64,000 nt of DNA from the NCBI GenBank assembly GCA_965197725.1, contig CBDANQ010000061.1:64001-128000 (forward strand). The letters run 5' to 3'. Position 1 is the stretch's first letter; each line of letters starts with the position of its first letter. The notes beneath the pieces are model-generated. The model was not told the origin of the DNA, ran no database searches, and worked only from the letters and a program-made list of their open reading frames with translations. This DNA is from Longimicrobiales bacterium (GTDB lineage: Bacteria > Gemmatimonadota > Gemmatimonadetes > Longimicrobiales > Gaopeijiaceae). This document shows, piece after piece, positions 20,510-30,908 of this stretch. The translations under genes were made by a program, and so were the position numbers.

Positions 20510-22324
20510 TCATCTCTCTCGGACCGTGAACCGGCGGCTTGTGACAACTTCGGATCTGCCCGCGGTCCTGAGGGTGACCTGCACCTCGTACGCCCCTGGG
20601 TCGAGGCGATGCAAATTGAGGTCGAGGTACCGGAACAGTGGACTCGGCTGGTCGGGGCCCGGCTCTTCCCATGCGAGCGAGACCCGCCGAGGCCCGGCAC
20701 TCACGCGCAAGAACTCCCCGATCCGACGGAAGAGGCTTCGGTCGACCCGGTTCACCGTCACCTCGAAAACGAGTGTCTCGGGCCGGAATCCCAGTCCGGA
20801 GACTTCCCAGCCGATCGCGAACGTCTGGCCACGCGGGACCTCGGTCCGGAGGAGCGCCAGCGGTATCGCGGCCTCGAGCAGCCCCGGAGGATCTGGGGTC
20901 GGTCTCAACATCAAGAGATCGGAGAGGGCGGCAATGTCTTCTGGGACACGCCGATGCTCGATCCCTTGGCGGTATCGACCTGCACGTCGCTGAGAGGGGC
21001 TCCACGCCTCCGTCGCGACCACGTACGAACCGACCGGCGCGTCCAGGGTCAGCACGCCGTCGGTGCCCGCAAGCGAGCGGTTGGATCGGAGCGGTGTCCG
21101 GTCCACGGATACGAGAAAGAGCCCGCCACGATCCCTCATGTCCTCCTGTGCGCCCGCCTCCAGCCAGGGCAGGTCATGGCGGTGGCCGGCATGGACCGTC
21201 GTGTCCTCCGGTAGGAAGTGCGTGCCCACTACGATCATGCGATCACCCCTCGGAAAGACCGCCAGCTGGCCTTCCATCGGAAGCAGTTGTGGAGCGTACG
21301 CGGGCGCGTATAGGCTCGGAGGACGCCGCTTGTCCGCGAGCAGGTCCTCGTGCGTCGCCCGCCCAGGGGAAGCGAGCGCAGCTCCGGAGGGCATGTAGTC
21401 CCTCCGCTCGGGGTGCTTGCGGCCGATGACGTTGTCCCCGGCCCGCGTGCTCCGCCGGTCGAGCGATCGTTGCCACGCGATCTCCCACCCGAAACGCACG
21501 GTCAACTGCTCGATGTCGTTGCCCCACCTGATGTGGAACGGGTTCCGAGCCCGCTCCCTGAGCGTCGACACCGTCCAGCGAGCGTAGTGCGCGGTCTTGC
21601 GATCATTCCCGTCGACGAGATACAGGGGATCCGACAGCATCCACAGACGGCTCAAGACCGCGTCGACGGAGTCATTGGGGGCTCGCTTCAACCCGTCGAG
21701 TATCCGGCGCGAATCCCCGTCCACCTCCCCGCGAGGAATCCGCCACTCCTGTGCTCGCTCCGCCTCCATCAATAGGAGTGAGCGCTCGAAGGCCGCCTCC
21801 GCTTCCGGGTACCGTTGGAGCCCGTGCAGCGCGAAGCCCCGCAGCGCCGCACACCACCATGGCTCCACCGCACCACACGCCCGGCCGACGCGTAACGCTT
21901 CTTCCCATCGGCCCGCCTCCGAGCGATACCAGACGCGCTGCCCGAGCACCCACCCGTCGCCAGGAAGGTGACGCTGCACGGAGTCCAGAACCGTGAGCAA
22001 CGCCCGTCGCAGGTCCTCTACCTCCGGGGGCTCGGGCTGCGGGTACCAGTCCCCTTCATCGTACCAGGAGCAGAAACGGCCGATGCGCTCGTCGCACGCG
22101 TCGGTGAACGAGACGCTCGTGATGGGGAGGTGCTGAAGACGACGGCGTTCGTACTGGGCCTGTGCGCTGCGCGCGCGTCCGCGAAGGTGGGAGGAGTCGG
22201 GGGCGAGAGTCGATGTGTCCGGGACTCCGGACACGACTTGCGCGTCCCCAGTGGTCGGCGCCAGGAGGAGTGCGAGCAGGAGGGCGAAGGTGTATGGGAT
22301 GAGTCTAGCCGAAATGCTCCACAC
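20510..22324 (-). CDS. Hypothetical exported protein (signal peptide, TPR-like segment, paired Cys)
   Basis: 604-aa ORF with signal-like N-terminus, CDERIGRFC and CGAVEPWWC; start uncertain. Confidence 0.7.
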   Translation of the reverse strand: MWSISARLIPYTFALLLALLLAPTTGDAQVVSGVPDTSTLAPDSSHLRGRARSAQAQYERRRLQHLPITSVSFTDACDERIGRFCSWYDEGDWYPQPEPPEVEDLRRALLTVLDSVQRHLPGDGWVLGQRVWYRSEAGRWEEALRVGRACGAVEPWWCAALRGFALHGLQRYPEAEAAFERSLLLMEAERAQEWRIPRGEVDGDSRRILDGLKRAPNDSVDAVLSRLWMLSDPLYLVDGNDRKTAHYARWTVSTLRERARNPFHIRWGNDIEQLTVRFGWEIAWQRSLDRRSTRAGDNVIGRKHPERRDYMPSGAALASPGRATHEDLLADKRRPPSLYAPAYAPQLLPMEGQLAVFPRGDRMIVVGTHFLPEDTTVHAGHRHDLPWLEAGAQEDMRDRGGLFLVSVDRTPLRSNRSLAGTDGVLTLDAPVGSYVVATEAWSPSQRRAGRYRQGIEHRRVPEDIAALSDLLMLRPTPDPPGLLEAAIPLALLRTEVPRGQTFAIGWEVSGLGFRPETLVFEVTVNRVDRSLFRRIGEFLRVSAGPRRVSLAWEEPGPDQPSPLFRYLDLNLHRLDPGAYEVQVTLRTAGRSEVVTSRRFTVRER

Positions 22325-22338
22325 GAGGGATCGAACGA

Positions 22339-22409
22339 TTGGCCCGGGTGGACTCGAACCACCACCGCCGGTGCCAAAGACCGGTGTCCTGCCATTAGAC
22401 GACGGGCCA
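22339..22409 (-). tRNA. tRNA-Gln(TTG), CCA not encoded
   Basis: TGGCCCG acceptor stem with U1-A72, anticodon loop CTTTGGC, T-loop GGTTCGAGTCC; full cloverleaf. Confidence 0.95.
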
Positions 22410-22465
22410 ATAAGTCAGTACCTACATGGATCCTGCGTAGTTTTCCACATTCGCGCGCCCCCGTT

Positions 22466-22487
22466 TTGGGCACATCTTGGGTACATC
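22466..22487. repeat. Tandem 11-bp repeat, candidate integrase arm-type sites
   Basis: TTGGGCACATC TTGGGTACATC between tRNA and integrase stop. Confidence 0.55.
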
Positions 22488-22974
22488 ATCCGGTCGCAGG
22501 GGCCTTGAGCGCCCGATCTTCAGCGTCTTGGACAAGTGCCAGGAGAGCATCATCGAGAAGGTGAGTATACCCCATAGTCGTGGCAAGATCAGCGTGACCC
22601 ATCGCCTTTTGCACCAAGACCGGGCTGGCGCCCCCCGCTAGCCAGGTGGTCACTCGCCGATGTCGTAGGTCGTGCTGTCGGAGATCCGCGGGGAGCTCGG
22701 CGCGCGTCACGGCGCTCGCGAATGCCCGGTGGAGGCTCTGGAGCCTGCGGCCGGCCACGGCACCACGTTGAGTCAGGACGTGATGGAATACCCACGGCGA
22801 GCGCTCCCCGTCGTAGGTGGCGAGTCGATAGGACGCAGTGTGGTCGCGTAGGGCCTCCCGAAGCCTCGGCGTCATCGGCACCCGACGCGATTTCCCGCTC
22901 TTCGTTCTCCGGCCCTTTCGGACTGACTCGACGTTGACGAATCCCCTTTCGAAGTCCACGTCCTGCCACCTCAA
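22486..22974 (-). pseudogene. Tyrosine recombinase/integrase, C-terminal fragment
   Basis: LRWQDVDF, TKSGK, HDLRH, MGH...TMGY; in-frame stop just upstream, so N-terminus and first catalytic Arg are missing. Confidence 0.88.
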
Positions 22975-23473
22975 CTACAGCCCTTCACTGTTGCACCGGA
23001 CACTCGTCCCGCCGAGCACGAGCACGTAGAGGCCGAGCATTGGCCCGACCAATCTCAAGTAGATGTCCCGCCTCAGTGTGTCGAGGACGGTACCGTCGAT
23101 CGGATGTGCCTCTGGCCCACCGTTGCTCGTGCCATCGGCGACCAGATCCACGCATTCCGGCGGAGGAATAGATGCTGAGCAACCCTCACAACGCGTGCGG
23201 GCGCTGCCGCCTACAGCATAGGGTTAAGATCGTTTCGTGAATCAGAGAATTCTCCGAGATCGATCCCTAAGCCTACCCGCTCGTTACTATCCCGAGTCCG
23301 TACCCGAGCGCGACTGTTAGCGGCCTTCCAATATTGCACACATGTGGCCATCGAAAATTGCACACTTGGCGCTTTGACCTAGCGGGCGGGAGAGTGGGGA
23401 TGTAGGCACCACCCCGAGCGATCTTCCGGCCGATCCACTCACTTGGCGCCTCCACCGAGAACGTGGAGGTGCA

Positions 23474-24502
23474 ATGATCGGAAGGGAGAAGCGCGTGCTG
23501 CTCCGTCATTACCTCGAGCAGGGGATGAACAAGGCGGTGATCGCCCGGGATCTGGGGGTCAGTCGCCGTACCGTGTACCACTGGATAGAGACCGGTCAAC
23601 TGGACCGGGAGTTGGACGAAGAGCGTGTCGGGTACGGTCCGAGATGTCTGATGCCGTCGAAGCTGGATCCGTACAAGCCGTTGATCGACACGCGTCTCAA
23701 GGAGTACCCGAAGCTCACGGCTGTACGGCTCTTCAAGGAGGTCCGGGCCGCTGGCTACCCGGGCAGTTACAACCAAGTGAAGCGCTATGTACGCAAGGTC
23801 CGGCCTCGACCCCCAGAGGAGCCGGTCGTGCGCTTCGAGACGGCGCCTGGGCGTCAGGGCCAGGTGGACTTCGCCCACTTCCGGCTACCGTGGGGCAAGC
23901 GTTACGCACTAATCGTCGTGCTGGGCTACTCGAGGCTGCTGTGGGTTCAGTTCTACACCCGGCAGACCATGAAGGCCCTGATGCATGGCCTGGAGTCTTC
24001 GTTTTCCTACTTCGGCGGCGTGCCCTCAGAGCTTCTGTTCGACCAAATGAAGGCGGTCGTCATCGAGGACGGTCGATACGACGATGGTGCCCTCGTCGAG
24101 AACCCGGAGTTCATGCGCTACGCCTACCACTGGAACTTCAGGATCCGCGCGTGCCGACCCTATCGGGCTCAGACCAAGGGCAAGGTGGAGCGGCCGATCC
24201 GCTACCTCAGGGAGAGCTTCTTCTACGGGCGCACCTTCACGTCGGACGACGATCTCAACGCGCAGGCCCTTCATTGGCTTGAGACGGAAGCCAATGTGCG
24301 CAGCCACGGAACGCTGAAGGAGCGGCCCCTCGATCGCTTCGAGCGTGAACGACTGCTCCTCGAGCCCTTGGCGACTCGCCCGTATCACCCCCTCGTCCTG
24401 CCTCCGGATCGCTCCTCACCCGGCACGACGTCCTTGCCGGCCATCCACGTCGAGCGACGTCCCCTCACGGCCTATGCCCAGATCGCGGGAGGGGACCGAT
24501 GA
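23474..24502 (+). CDS. istA: IS21 transposase IstA
   Basis: N-terminal HTH, RFETAPGRQGQVDF, LFDQMK, QTKGKVER. Confidence 0.95.
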   Translation: MIGREKRVLLRHYLEQGMNKAVIARDLGVSRRTVYHWIETGQLDRELDEERVGYGPRCLMPSKLDPYKPLIDTRLKEYPKLTAVRLFKEVRAAGYPGSYNQVKRYVRKVRPRPPEEPVVRFETAPGRQGQVDFAHFRLPWGKRYALIVVLGYSRLLWVQFYTRQTMKALMHGLESSFSYFGGVPSELLFDQMKAVVIEDGRYDDGALVENPEFMRYAYHWNFRIRACRPYRAQTKGKVERPIRYLRESFFYGRTFTSDDDLNAQALHWLETEANVRSHGTLKERPLDRFERERLLLEPLATRPYHPLVLPPDRSSPGTTSLPAIHVERRPLTAYAQIAGGDR

Positions 24503-25341
24503 AGGCTGCCGCTCGCTCTCGCCGTGACCGGATCCGAGCCCAGCTCGCCGATCTCAAGATGCCCGGTGCGCTGGAGGCCATCGACGACGTCCTCACCGGG
24601 GTCGATGGCGGAGGCGTGACGGCCTCGGAGGCCATCGAGCAACTCCTCGGTGCCCAGATCACGCTGCGCAACAACCGCCGCCTTCAGGCTGCGATGCGCT
24701 CGAGCCGGCTACCGGGCATCAAGACCCTCGACGACTTCGACTTCAGCTTCCAGCCCTCGATCAAGCGCGAGCAGATCGACTCGCTCCACGAGCTCGGCTT
24801 CTTGGAGCGTAAGGAGAACGTGATCTTCCTCGGCCCTCCGGGCGTCGGCAAGACGCATCTCGCGATCAGCCTCGCCATTGCCGCGGCTCAGAGCGGGCGC
24901 AGAGTCTACTACGGCGCTCTGGCCGACCTCATCACCTCGCTCGAAGAAGCCAAGACCACCGGCCAGCTGGGACGCCGCCTCAAGATCCTCACCTATCCTT
25001 CGCTCCTGGTCATCGACGAGATCGGCTACCTGCCGGTCAGCCAGACCGGCGCAATGCTCTTCTTCCAACTCATCAACCGGCGCTATGAGCGCGCATCCAC
25101 TGTGCTGACCTCCAATAAAGGCTTCGAGGAGTGGGGCCAGATCTTGGGCGACGAGGTCATGGCCGCTGCGCTCATCGATCGCCTGCTGCATCACTGCCAT
25201 ATCGTCAACATCCGCGGCAGCAGCTACCGGATGCGCAAGCACACCGACCTCTCCAAGATCCTCCACTCGCCTCCTGCGGAGTCGAGCCCTTCACCCCCGA
25301 AGAGAAAGAGAGCAAGAGCAAAGGAGAAAACGACGAACTAG
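24499..25341 (+). CDS. istB: IS21 helper ATPase IstB
   Basis: GPPGVGKTHLA, LVIDEIGYLP, TSNK, DRLLHH; ATGA overlap with istA. Confidence 0.96.
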   Translation: MKAAARSRRDRIRAQLADLKMPGALEAIDDVLTGVDGGGVTASEAIEQLLGAQITLRNNRRLQAAMRSSRLPGIKTLDDFDFSFQPSIKREQIDSLHELGFLERKENVIFLGPPGVGKTHLAISLAIAAAQSGRRVYYGALADLITSLEEAKTTGQLGRRLKILTYPSLLVIDEIGYLPVSQTGAMLFFQLINRRYERASTVLTSNKGFEEWGQILGDEVMAAALIDRLLHHCHIVNIRGSSYRMRKHTDLSKILHSPPAESSPSPPKRKRARAKEKTTN

Positions 25342-25583
25342 AGGCTCGTCACCTCCCCAAGTGTGCAATTTTCGATGGCCAGACCTGTGCAGCTTTCGAT
25401 GGCCGTTGACACGACTTCTCCGCGGCGGGATTCGTGATGGTTCCGGCGCCATGAGCACACCCCGCATGCCGGGCGGCTAGAACTTCAAAGAGAACGTAAG
25501 CTCCGTCAGCTGCTGCTGTCGGAAACCAACTTTTGGACTCTCACCGTTGGTGTATTTGAGAGACACGCCAGCCAACGTCCCGG

Positions 25584-26854
25584 TGACCTGCCCCCAAGAG
25601 CGGGTACCACATCCTATGTTAGTCCCAGCACCTGTGGAGGGCCGTGAAGGACGGGCATCCTCAAGAACCAGGGCGACGGCTTAATCGCCTCAGGGGCCGG
25701 GGGAAAGCCGCCGCAGGCGCTGTGGGGTCGGACGGTATTGTACTCGCGCCTCCATTGCTCGACCAGCACGGCCGCCTCCGCCAACGAGTAGAAGATCTCC
25801 CCGTTCAACAGCTCGTCCCTGAGCTTGCCGTTGAAGCTCTCGTTGTAGCCGTTCTCCCACGGGCTGCCCGGCTCGATAAAGAGCGTCTCGACGCCCACGC
25901 GCCCCAACCACCGCCGCACGAGCTTCGCGGTGAACTCCGCTCCGTTGTCCGACCTCAGATACTCGGGAGGCCCGTGTCGGACGAACAGATCGGCCAGCAC
26001 CTCGAGCACGTCGTGCGAGCGGATCTTGCGAGCCACCACGATCGCCAGGCACTCCCTCGTGTGCTCGTCCAGCACTGTCAGCAGCTTCAGCGCACGCCCG
26101 TCGTGCGTCCTCGAGGCCACGAAGTCGTACGACCAGACGTGGCCCCGATACAGCGGCCTCAGCCGGATGCACGATCCGTCGTTGAGCCACAGCCGACCTC
26201 GCTTCGGCTGCCGCTGCGGGACCTTCAGCCCCTCCTGCCTCCAGATCCGCTCCACCCGCTTGTGGTGCACCCCCCAGCCCTCGATGCGGAGCATGTCCGT
26301 GACGCGTCGGTAGCCGTAGCGGCCGAATCGACTCGCGAGTCGCACGATATCACCTCGGAGCGCCCCCTCGTCACTCGCCACTTTCCTCGCCCGGCGCTGG
26401 GTCGTGCGTGGCTGCCCGAGCACCCGGCACGCTCTCCTCTCCGACGCCCCGAGCTGCTGACGTACACGCACCACACAACGTCGTCGGCGCTCGGGGCTCA
26501 GAAGTTTCCCTCGGCTGCTTCCTCCAGGATCAGCTTGTCCAGTGTCAAGTCCGCCACTGCTCGCTTCAGGCGCCCGTTCTCGCGCTCGAGCTCCTTCAGG
26601 CGCCGTGCCTGGCTCACCTTCATCCCGCCGTACTCCCGCCTCCACCGGTAGTACGTCTGCTCGGTGATGCCGAGCTCCCGGCTGATCAGCTTCACGGATT
26701 TGCCGCGGGCCAGACCGACCTCTGCCTCCCGCAGTGCAGTGATGATCTGCTCCGGAGTGGGTCGCTTCCTTCCCATCCTGACCTCCTCGCTGAAAAGCTT
26801 CAGACCAGCTCGATCCTAACATTGCACCTGGTCTCGTTTCAGGGGGTCAGGTCA
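25584..26854 (-). mobile_element. IS3-family insertion sequence (IS407-like), complete
   Basis: TGACCTG termini, 4-bp TSD CCGG (25580-25583 / 26855-26858), orfA/orfB. Confidence 0.93.
25614..26776 (-). CDS. IS3 transposase OrfAB (orfA 26498-26776; orfB reached by -1 frameshift)
   Basis: orfA HTH (TYYRWRREYGG), slippery GGGAAAC at orfA end, orfB DDE core (WSYDF, RSDNGAEF, ESFNGKLRDE). Confidence 0.92.
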
Positions 26855-27666
26855 CCGGCATCCGTTCGCACGAGCCACACGCTCGCGTCCGCCGTCACCA
26901 ACTGGTGACCATGGTCTAGCTGATCGGGACCGGCAGTTTCCTGCAAGTCGTAGACGTAGGAGTACTCGAGGTTCAGTTCGAGCCGTCGTGACAAATGCGA
27001 AGGCAGCGGAAGCAGCTCCGCCCGCACCCCAGTGACTGACCGGACAACGGAGCCTTCGAGGGACTCGTCCGCCGCGCGCACCACACTCTCGTGCTCGAGA
27101 CCGATGGACGGGCTGTAGGTGAACTCCACAGCCGAGCCAAATTCCGTCGCGACATTCGGGAGAAGGAGATTTGAGAGACCGCCGCCCCGGCCCTCCAGCA
27201 CCGGCGTGAAGAGCAGGTCCGTCTGCACCGACTTGGTGGAGCGCTCGAAATCGTTCTTGTACATGACGCGTGCAGCCAGGACTCCGCTCCATTTTTGCTT
27301 TTCCGCCTCCGCGTCCCGAGTCTGCCAGTCCGTCGACAGCCCGACCATAAAGACGTTTTGCGGCTTCTTGATGTGCGTCAGCGGTCGGTATTCGACGAAC
27401 GGGCCGATAGCGATCTTCTGGCCCAAACTCTCGAAACCGAAGTCGACCCGCATGGCGGACCGGATGCTGTACGAAGCGGTGGTATCACCGGGTAGGAGGA
27501 CGCTGAACGATGCTGGCTTAGATCGTCGCGCCTTGCCCGAGAACTTGCCCGAGAACGATTATTGGAAGGTGACACGCTCCCAGATCTGGCCCACGGCCTC
27601 CGTGCTGGAGCACAGTAGCAGGGCCAGGACAATGAGCGGCGTCGGTCTCACCAGGGGTCGGGTCCC

Positions 27667-28215
27667 CTACCGGCTCCATGGCGGCACGATCTGGTTCATG
27701 CGCGCGTAGGCGATGGATTGGCCGAGGTGCTCGTGCATGTCCATGACCGAGTGGCCGACGATGCCGGTCCCGTTCGTCGCTTGTCCGAACCACGACGCGT
27801 CAGCGTCGAGATCGGCCGCCGTCATGCTCCCGAAGGCATCGATCATGTAGCCGAATGAGCGCTCCATCTCCCTGATGACGTCTGCCTTCGACATGGCGGC
27901 CACTCGGGCGGTCTCGGCGCCGAAGCCCGAGGCGGCACCGGTCGGAGGAGTCGCCCCCCACATCGCGGGAAAGACGTGCCCCTCGGTCACGATGAGGACC
28001 ATGACGTCCCGCACCGAGCGCACACCTTCCATGGGCGTCCAATCCCACATCTCTTCGGGAAACTCCTCGGCCAGTGAGATGAATTTGTCCCGCATCTGCT
28101 CGAGGTCGGCTACCGTCTGCTCCTGCCACGCCTGCATTCCCCCGCCCTGGGCGGCACCAGCTGTGGGCAGCACAAACAGGGCTCCCGCGATCATCCACGT
28201 GCAACGTTTCGTCAT
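27667..28215 (-). CDS. Exported DinB-family protein
   Basis: Signal peptide, W.PMEGVRSV, HEHLGQSIAYARMNQIVPPWS; ATG at 28215 with GGAGA SD. Confidence 0.85.
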   Translation of the reverse strand: MTKRCTWMIAGALFVLPTAGAAQGGGMQAWQEQTVADLEQMRDKFISLAEEFPEEMWDWTPMEGVRSVRDVMVLIVTEGHVFPAMWGATPPTGAASGFGAETARVAAMSKADVIREMERSFGYMIDAFGSMTAADLDADASWFGQATNGTGIVGHSVMDMHEHLGQSIAYARMNQIVPPWSR

Positions 28216-28378
28216 CGTCGTCTCTCCCGTAGAGGAGGATAAGAACGAGTGGGCCAACGGGTGCCCAATGTAGCACCAAATCGTGCGCGGAGGGAAAGGC
28301 AAACCAAAAGCCCTTTTGCCGGGTCGGGAGAAGGTGGGGGGTAGGACCCGACCGGTCCACCTGAGGCAGGACCGCTCG

Positions 28379-30220
28379 TCACTGCGCCCCGGCCAGGTCC
28401 CTCACCGCGCTCGCGAGGGTCGTGACCTTGGCCCGGTCGCGCGCGCCGCGCCCCTCTCCATCGAGGTCCGACGCGAGCATGGTGAGTGCGCTGCTACGCC
28501 GTTGCCCGGAGAGTCCTTCGGCGCGCGCCAGCTCGCTCCTCACCTCATGAACCCGGTCCGTCGTGAGACCGCCCGACCGCTCGAGCTGATCGAGGTACGA
28601 GCGAGCGAGTGCGAAGCTCGGCGGCCAGACGAACTTCCGCTGCTGCTGCGCGTTGAAGTACTCGAAGTGCACCGTTTTGGCCGCGTCGATCTCGTTCTGC
28701 GAGATATGGGCGCTGGGCGTGAGCTCGAAGATGTCGAGTCCGCGGCGGATCTCGGAGCTGACCAGATATCCGTTGTACCAGTAAACGGACCACGAACCAG
28801 CCATTGAACCGGTGACGTCCAGGGGTCCGCGATCGTGGAAAGCGATCTCGATGGGATTGTCAGGATCGGTCCAGTCGAAGATATCGATCCCGCCTTGATA
28901 CCACGCTTGTGCCATCACGTCGCGACCGGGGATCGGGATCAGCGATCCGTTGTGTGCCACGCAGTTCTCCAACGACGTCTGCGCTGCGGGCATCTTGAAA
29001 TAGCTGTGGAAGTTCAGCCGGCCGTTGTCGATGGTGAAGATCGCGTCCGCGCCCCACTCGTACTTGTCAGTATCTCGGCAACGGGGCTGGCCACCACCGC
29101 CCCACTCGTCCGTGAACAGAAGCTTCGAGCCGTCACTGCTGAAGGTCGCCGAGTGCCAGAACGAGAAGTTCGAGTCGGCCGCAGCGTACAAGCGTCTCGG
29201 ATTGGCCACGTCGCTGATGTCGAGCAGGAGTCCGTACCCACCACAGGCACCGCCGGCGAACCCGATTTCGGGATATACCGTGATGTCGTGGCACTGCGTG
29301 GGTCCGGTGCGTTGACGCGGAGGGCCGGCCGGTGCTCCGGCAGCGGCTCGCCTCGCCCCCCGGCCTACCGTATCGGCCACGAGCTCGGCATGCGTCGGCG
29401 GGGCCGTCAGGTCGTTGAAGATGCGGGGGGAGCTCACGATCCGCGCGTCCTGAGGCGACGCGAGCGGGACTCGGATAACCTCGATGCGGAAGAGCGCCGT
29501 GTTTGGGTCATCGGCAAGCGGCCCGCCCGAGCAGCCGGGGAGCTCGCTTGGGGAGCGAACGCGGGAGGATCCGGAAACGTAGATATATACATTTTCCGCA
29601 TCGTTCGGGTCAGTCAGGACGGTGTGTGTGTGCGAACCACGACACGTCTGAACGTTGGCCACATACTTCGGGTTCGCGACGTCCGTCGCGTCGAATATTC
29701 GGATGCCGCGGAGCCGGTCGAAGCTGACCGTGTCCGGTACTCCTTCCGTGCCACAGTCGATGCGCCCCCCCAATCCTTCACCGGATATGAAGAGCAGGTT
29801 CTTGTAGACCGAGACGTCGCTCTGCGACGCCGGACACACGTAGGTGGTTTCGAGCGAGGGGTCCCTCGGGTTCGAGATATCCCAGACTGCGTAGCCGTTG
29901 TAATTGCCCTGGAAGGCGTAGTCTCCGATGAACGCCAGGTCGGAGTTCGTGACGCCGACGAACTCGTCCGGCGGAAGCGTGCTGGAGACCAGCCGCAGGT
30001 TCCACGCCGCTTCCTCGGCGTCCGTCATGCCAGCGCCCAGCCCAACGCGCGGGTCGGGCGTGGGCGGCGTGAGGGGCATGTCGGACAGCGCGGACGCCAT
30101 CGCAGAGGCGGAGGGCGACGATGTCGCGCATGCAGTGGCCATAACTGTCAGGGCGCACAAGGCGGCTGTGAGCGCGGCCCAGCGCGAGCCCGGAAGACGT
30201 GCGAAGGATTGGGAATTCAT
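28379..30220 (-). CDS. LVIVD-repeat beta-propeller lipoprotein
   Basis: Lipobox-like ATAC; repeats such as WDISNP, FDATDVANP, LDISDVANP; HTHT, CHD, WHSA, AHN. Confidence 0.8.
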   Translation of the reverse strand: MNSQSFARLPGSRWAALTAALCALTVMATACATSSPSASAMASALSDMPLTPPTPDPRVGLGAGMTDAEEAAWNLRLVSSTLPPDEFVGVTNSDLAFIGDYAFQGNYNGYAVWDISNPRDPSLETTYVCPASQSDVSVYKNLLFISGEGLGGRIDCGTEGVPDTVSFDRLRGIRIFDATDVANPKYVANVQTCRGSHTHTVLTDPNDAENVYIYVSGSSRVRSPSELPGCSGGPLADDPNTALFRIEVIRVPLASPQDARIVSSPRIFNDLTAPPTHAELVADTVGRGARRAAAGAPAGPPRQRTGPTQCHDITVYPEIGFAGGACGGYGLLLDISDVANPRRLYAAADSNFSFWHSATFSSDGSKLLFTDEWGGGGQPRCRDTDKYEWGADAIFTIDNGRLNFHSYFKMPAAQTSLENCVAHNGSLIPIPGRDVMAQAWYQGGIDIFDWTDPDNPIEIAFHDRGPLDVTGSMAGSWSVYWYNGYLVSSEIRRGLDIFELTPSAHISQNEIDAAKTVHFEYFNAQQQRKFVWPPSFALARSYLDQLERSGGLTTDRVHEVRSELARAEGLSGQRRSSALTMLASDLDGEGRGARDRAKVTTLASAVRDLAGAQ

Positions 30221-30269
30221 GTCAGATGCCTGTGTGAGGTCGGTTGAAGCAGAAGCGGGTAGGAGTAGG

Positions 30270-30908
30270 TCACGGAGCGCGGTCACTCCGAGGATCTGCG
30301 GCTAGCAGCATCTGCATACGCTCGATCTCGATCTCCTGATCGGCATAGATGTCAGACGCCAACTTGTAGACGAAATCATTCTGTGCGCCGCCATACGAGC
30401 CGAACAGCTCATCCACCATCGAGAGCGCACCCTCGTGGTGCGGGATCATGTACGTCAGGAAGAGTCGGTCGAAGTCCGCTCCACGAGCACTGTCGAGCTC
30501 GACAAGCTGCTGCTCGGTCAGCATGCCCGGCATCATCGTGACGCCCTCGGCGCCCCTCGGCATCGCGGCTCGGACGTACTCGGCGGCCGGGACGTGCTCG
30601 CCGCGGTCACCGAGCCAGGAGCGCATCGTCACGATCTCGTCGCGCTGGGCGACCACCATCCGTGCGCAGAAGACTTGCACCCTTTGGCTCGCACCGTGTG
30701 ACTCCGCCCAACCGGCGAACAGCACTGCCTGAGCGTGGTGCGGAATCATGGCAGTCATGAAGCGCACATCTGCCGGGCTGTGGGGTTGGCGATTGCGAGT
30801 CGCCAGCGCCTGCAGGTCGGCCGACGAGCGAGAGGCCCCGCCGCACGCCGAACAAGCGAGGACCGCAAGAGCGGCGACAGGCAACGCTGGTAAGGATGAG
30901 CACTTCAT
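30270..30908 (-). CDS. DUF305 (ferritin-like helical bundle) lipoprotein
   Basis: Twin MIPHH motifs (DVRFMTAMIPHHAQA; FLTYMIPHHEGA), Q..EI..M. Confidence 0.88.
   Translation of the reverse strand: MKCSSLPALPVAALAVLACSACGGASRSSADLQALATRNRQPHSPADVRFMTAMIPHHAQAVLFAGWAESHGASQRVQVFCARMVVAQRDEIVTMRSWLGDRGEHVPAAEYVRAAMPRGAEGVTMMPGMLTEQQLVELDSARGADFDRLFLTYMIPHHEGALSMVDELFGSYGGAQNDFVYKLASDIYADQEIEIERMQMLLAADPRSDRAP

Larger units (their letters stand above)
23315..25411 (+). mobile_element. IS21-family insertion sequence, complete
   Basis: TG...CA ends, imperfect IRs with internal GGCCATCGAAAATTGCACAC repeats, 4-bp TSD CGAC (23311-23314 / 25412-25415), istA-istB. Confidence 0.93.
25477..27651 (-). 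pseudogene. Exported, probable outer-membrane beta-barrel protein, disrupted by IS3 and a nonsense codon
   Basis: GTG start with signal peptide (MRPTPLIVLALLLCSSTEAVG), in-frame TAA at 27559-27561; removing the IS3 and one TSD copy rejoins ...RTDAG-TLAGVSLKY...LTFSLKF* (terminal Phe). Confidence 0.75.

Noticed and set aside
22975..23314. Short ORFs between the integrase remnant and IS21
   Set aside because: No start signals or recognisable homology in any frame
28835..30247. 470-aa plus-strand ORF
   Set aside because: Antisense shadow of the LVIVD gene; no motifs; expected in high-GC DNA
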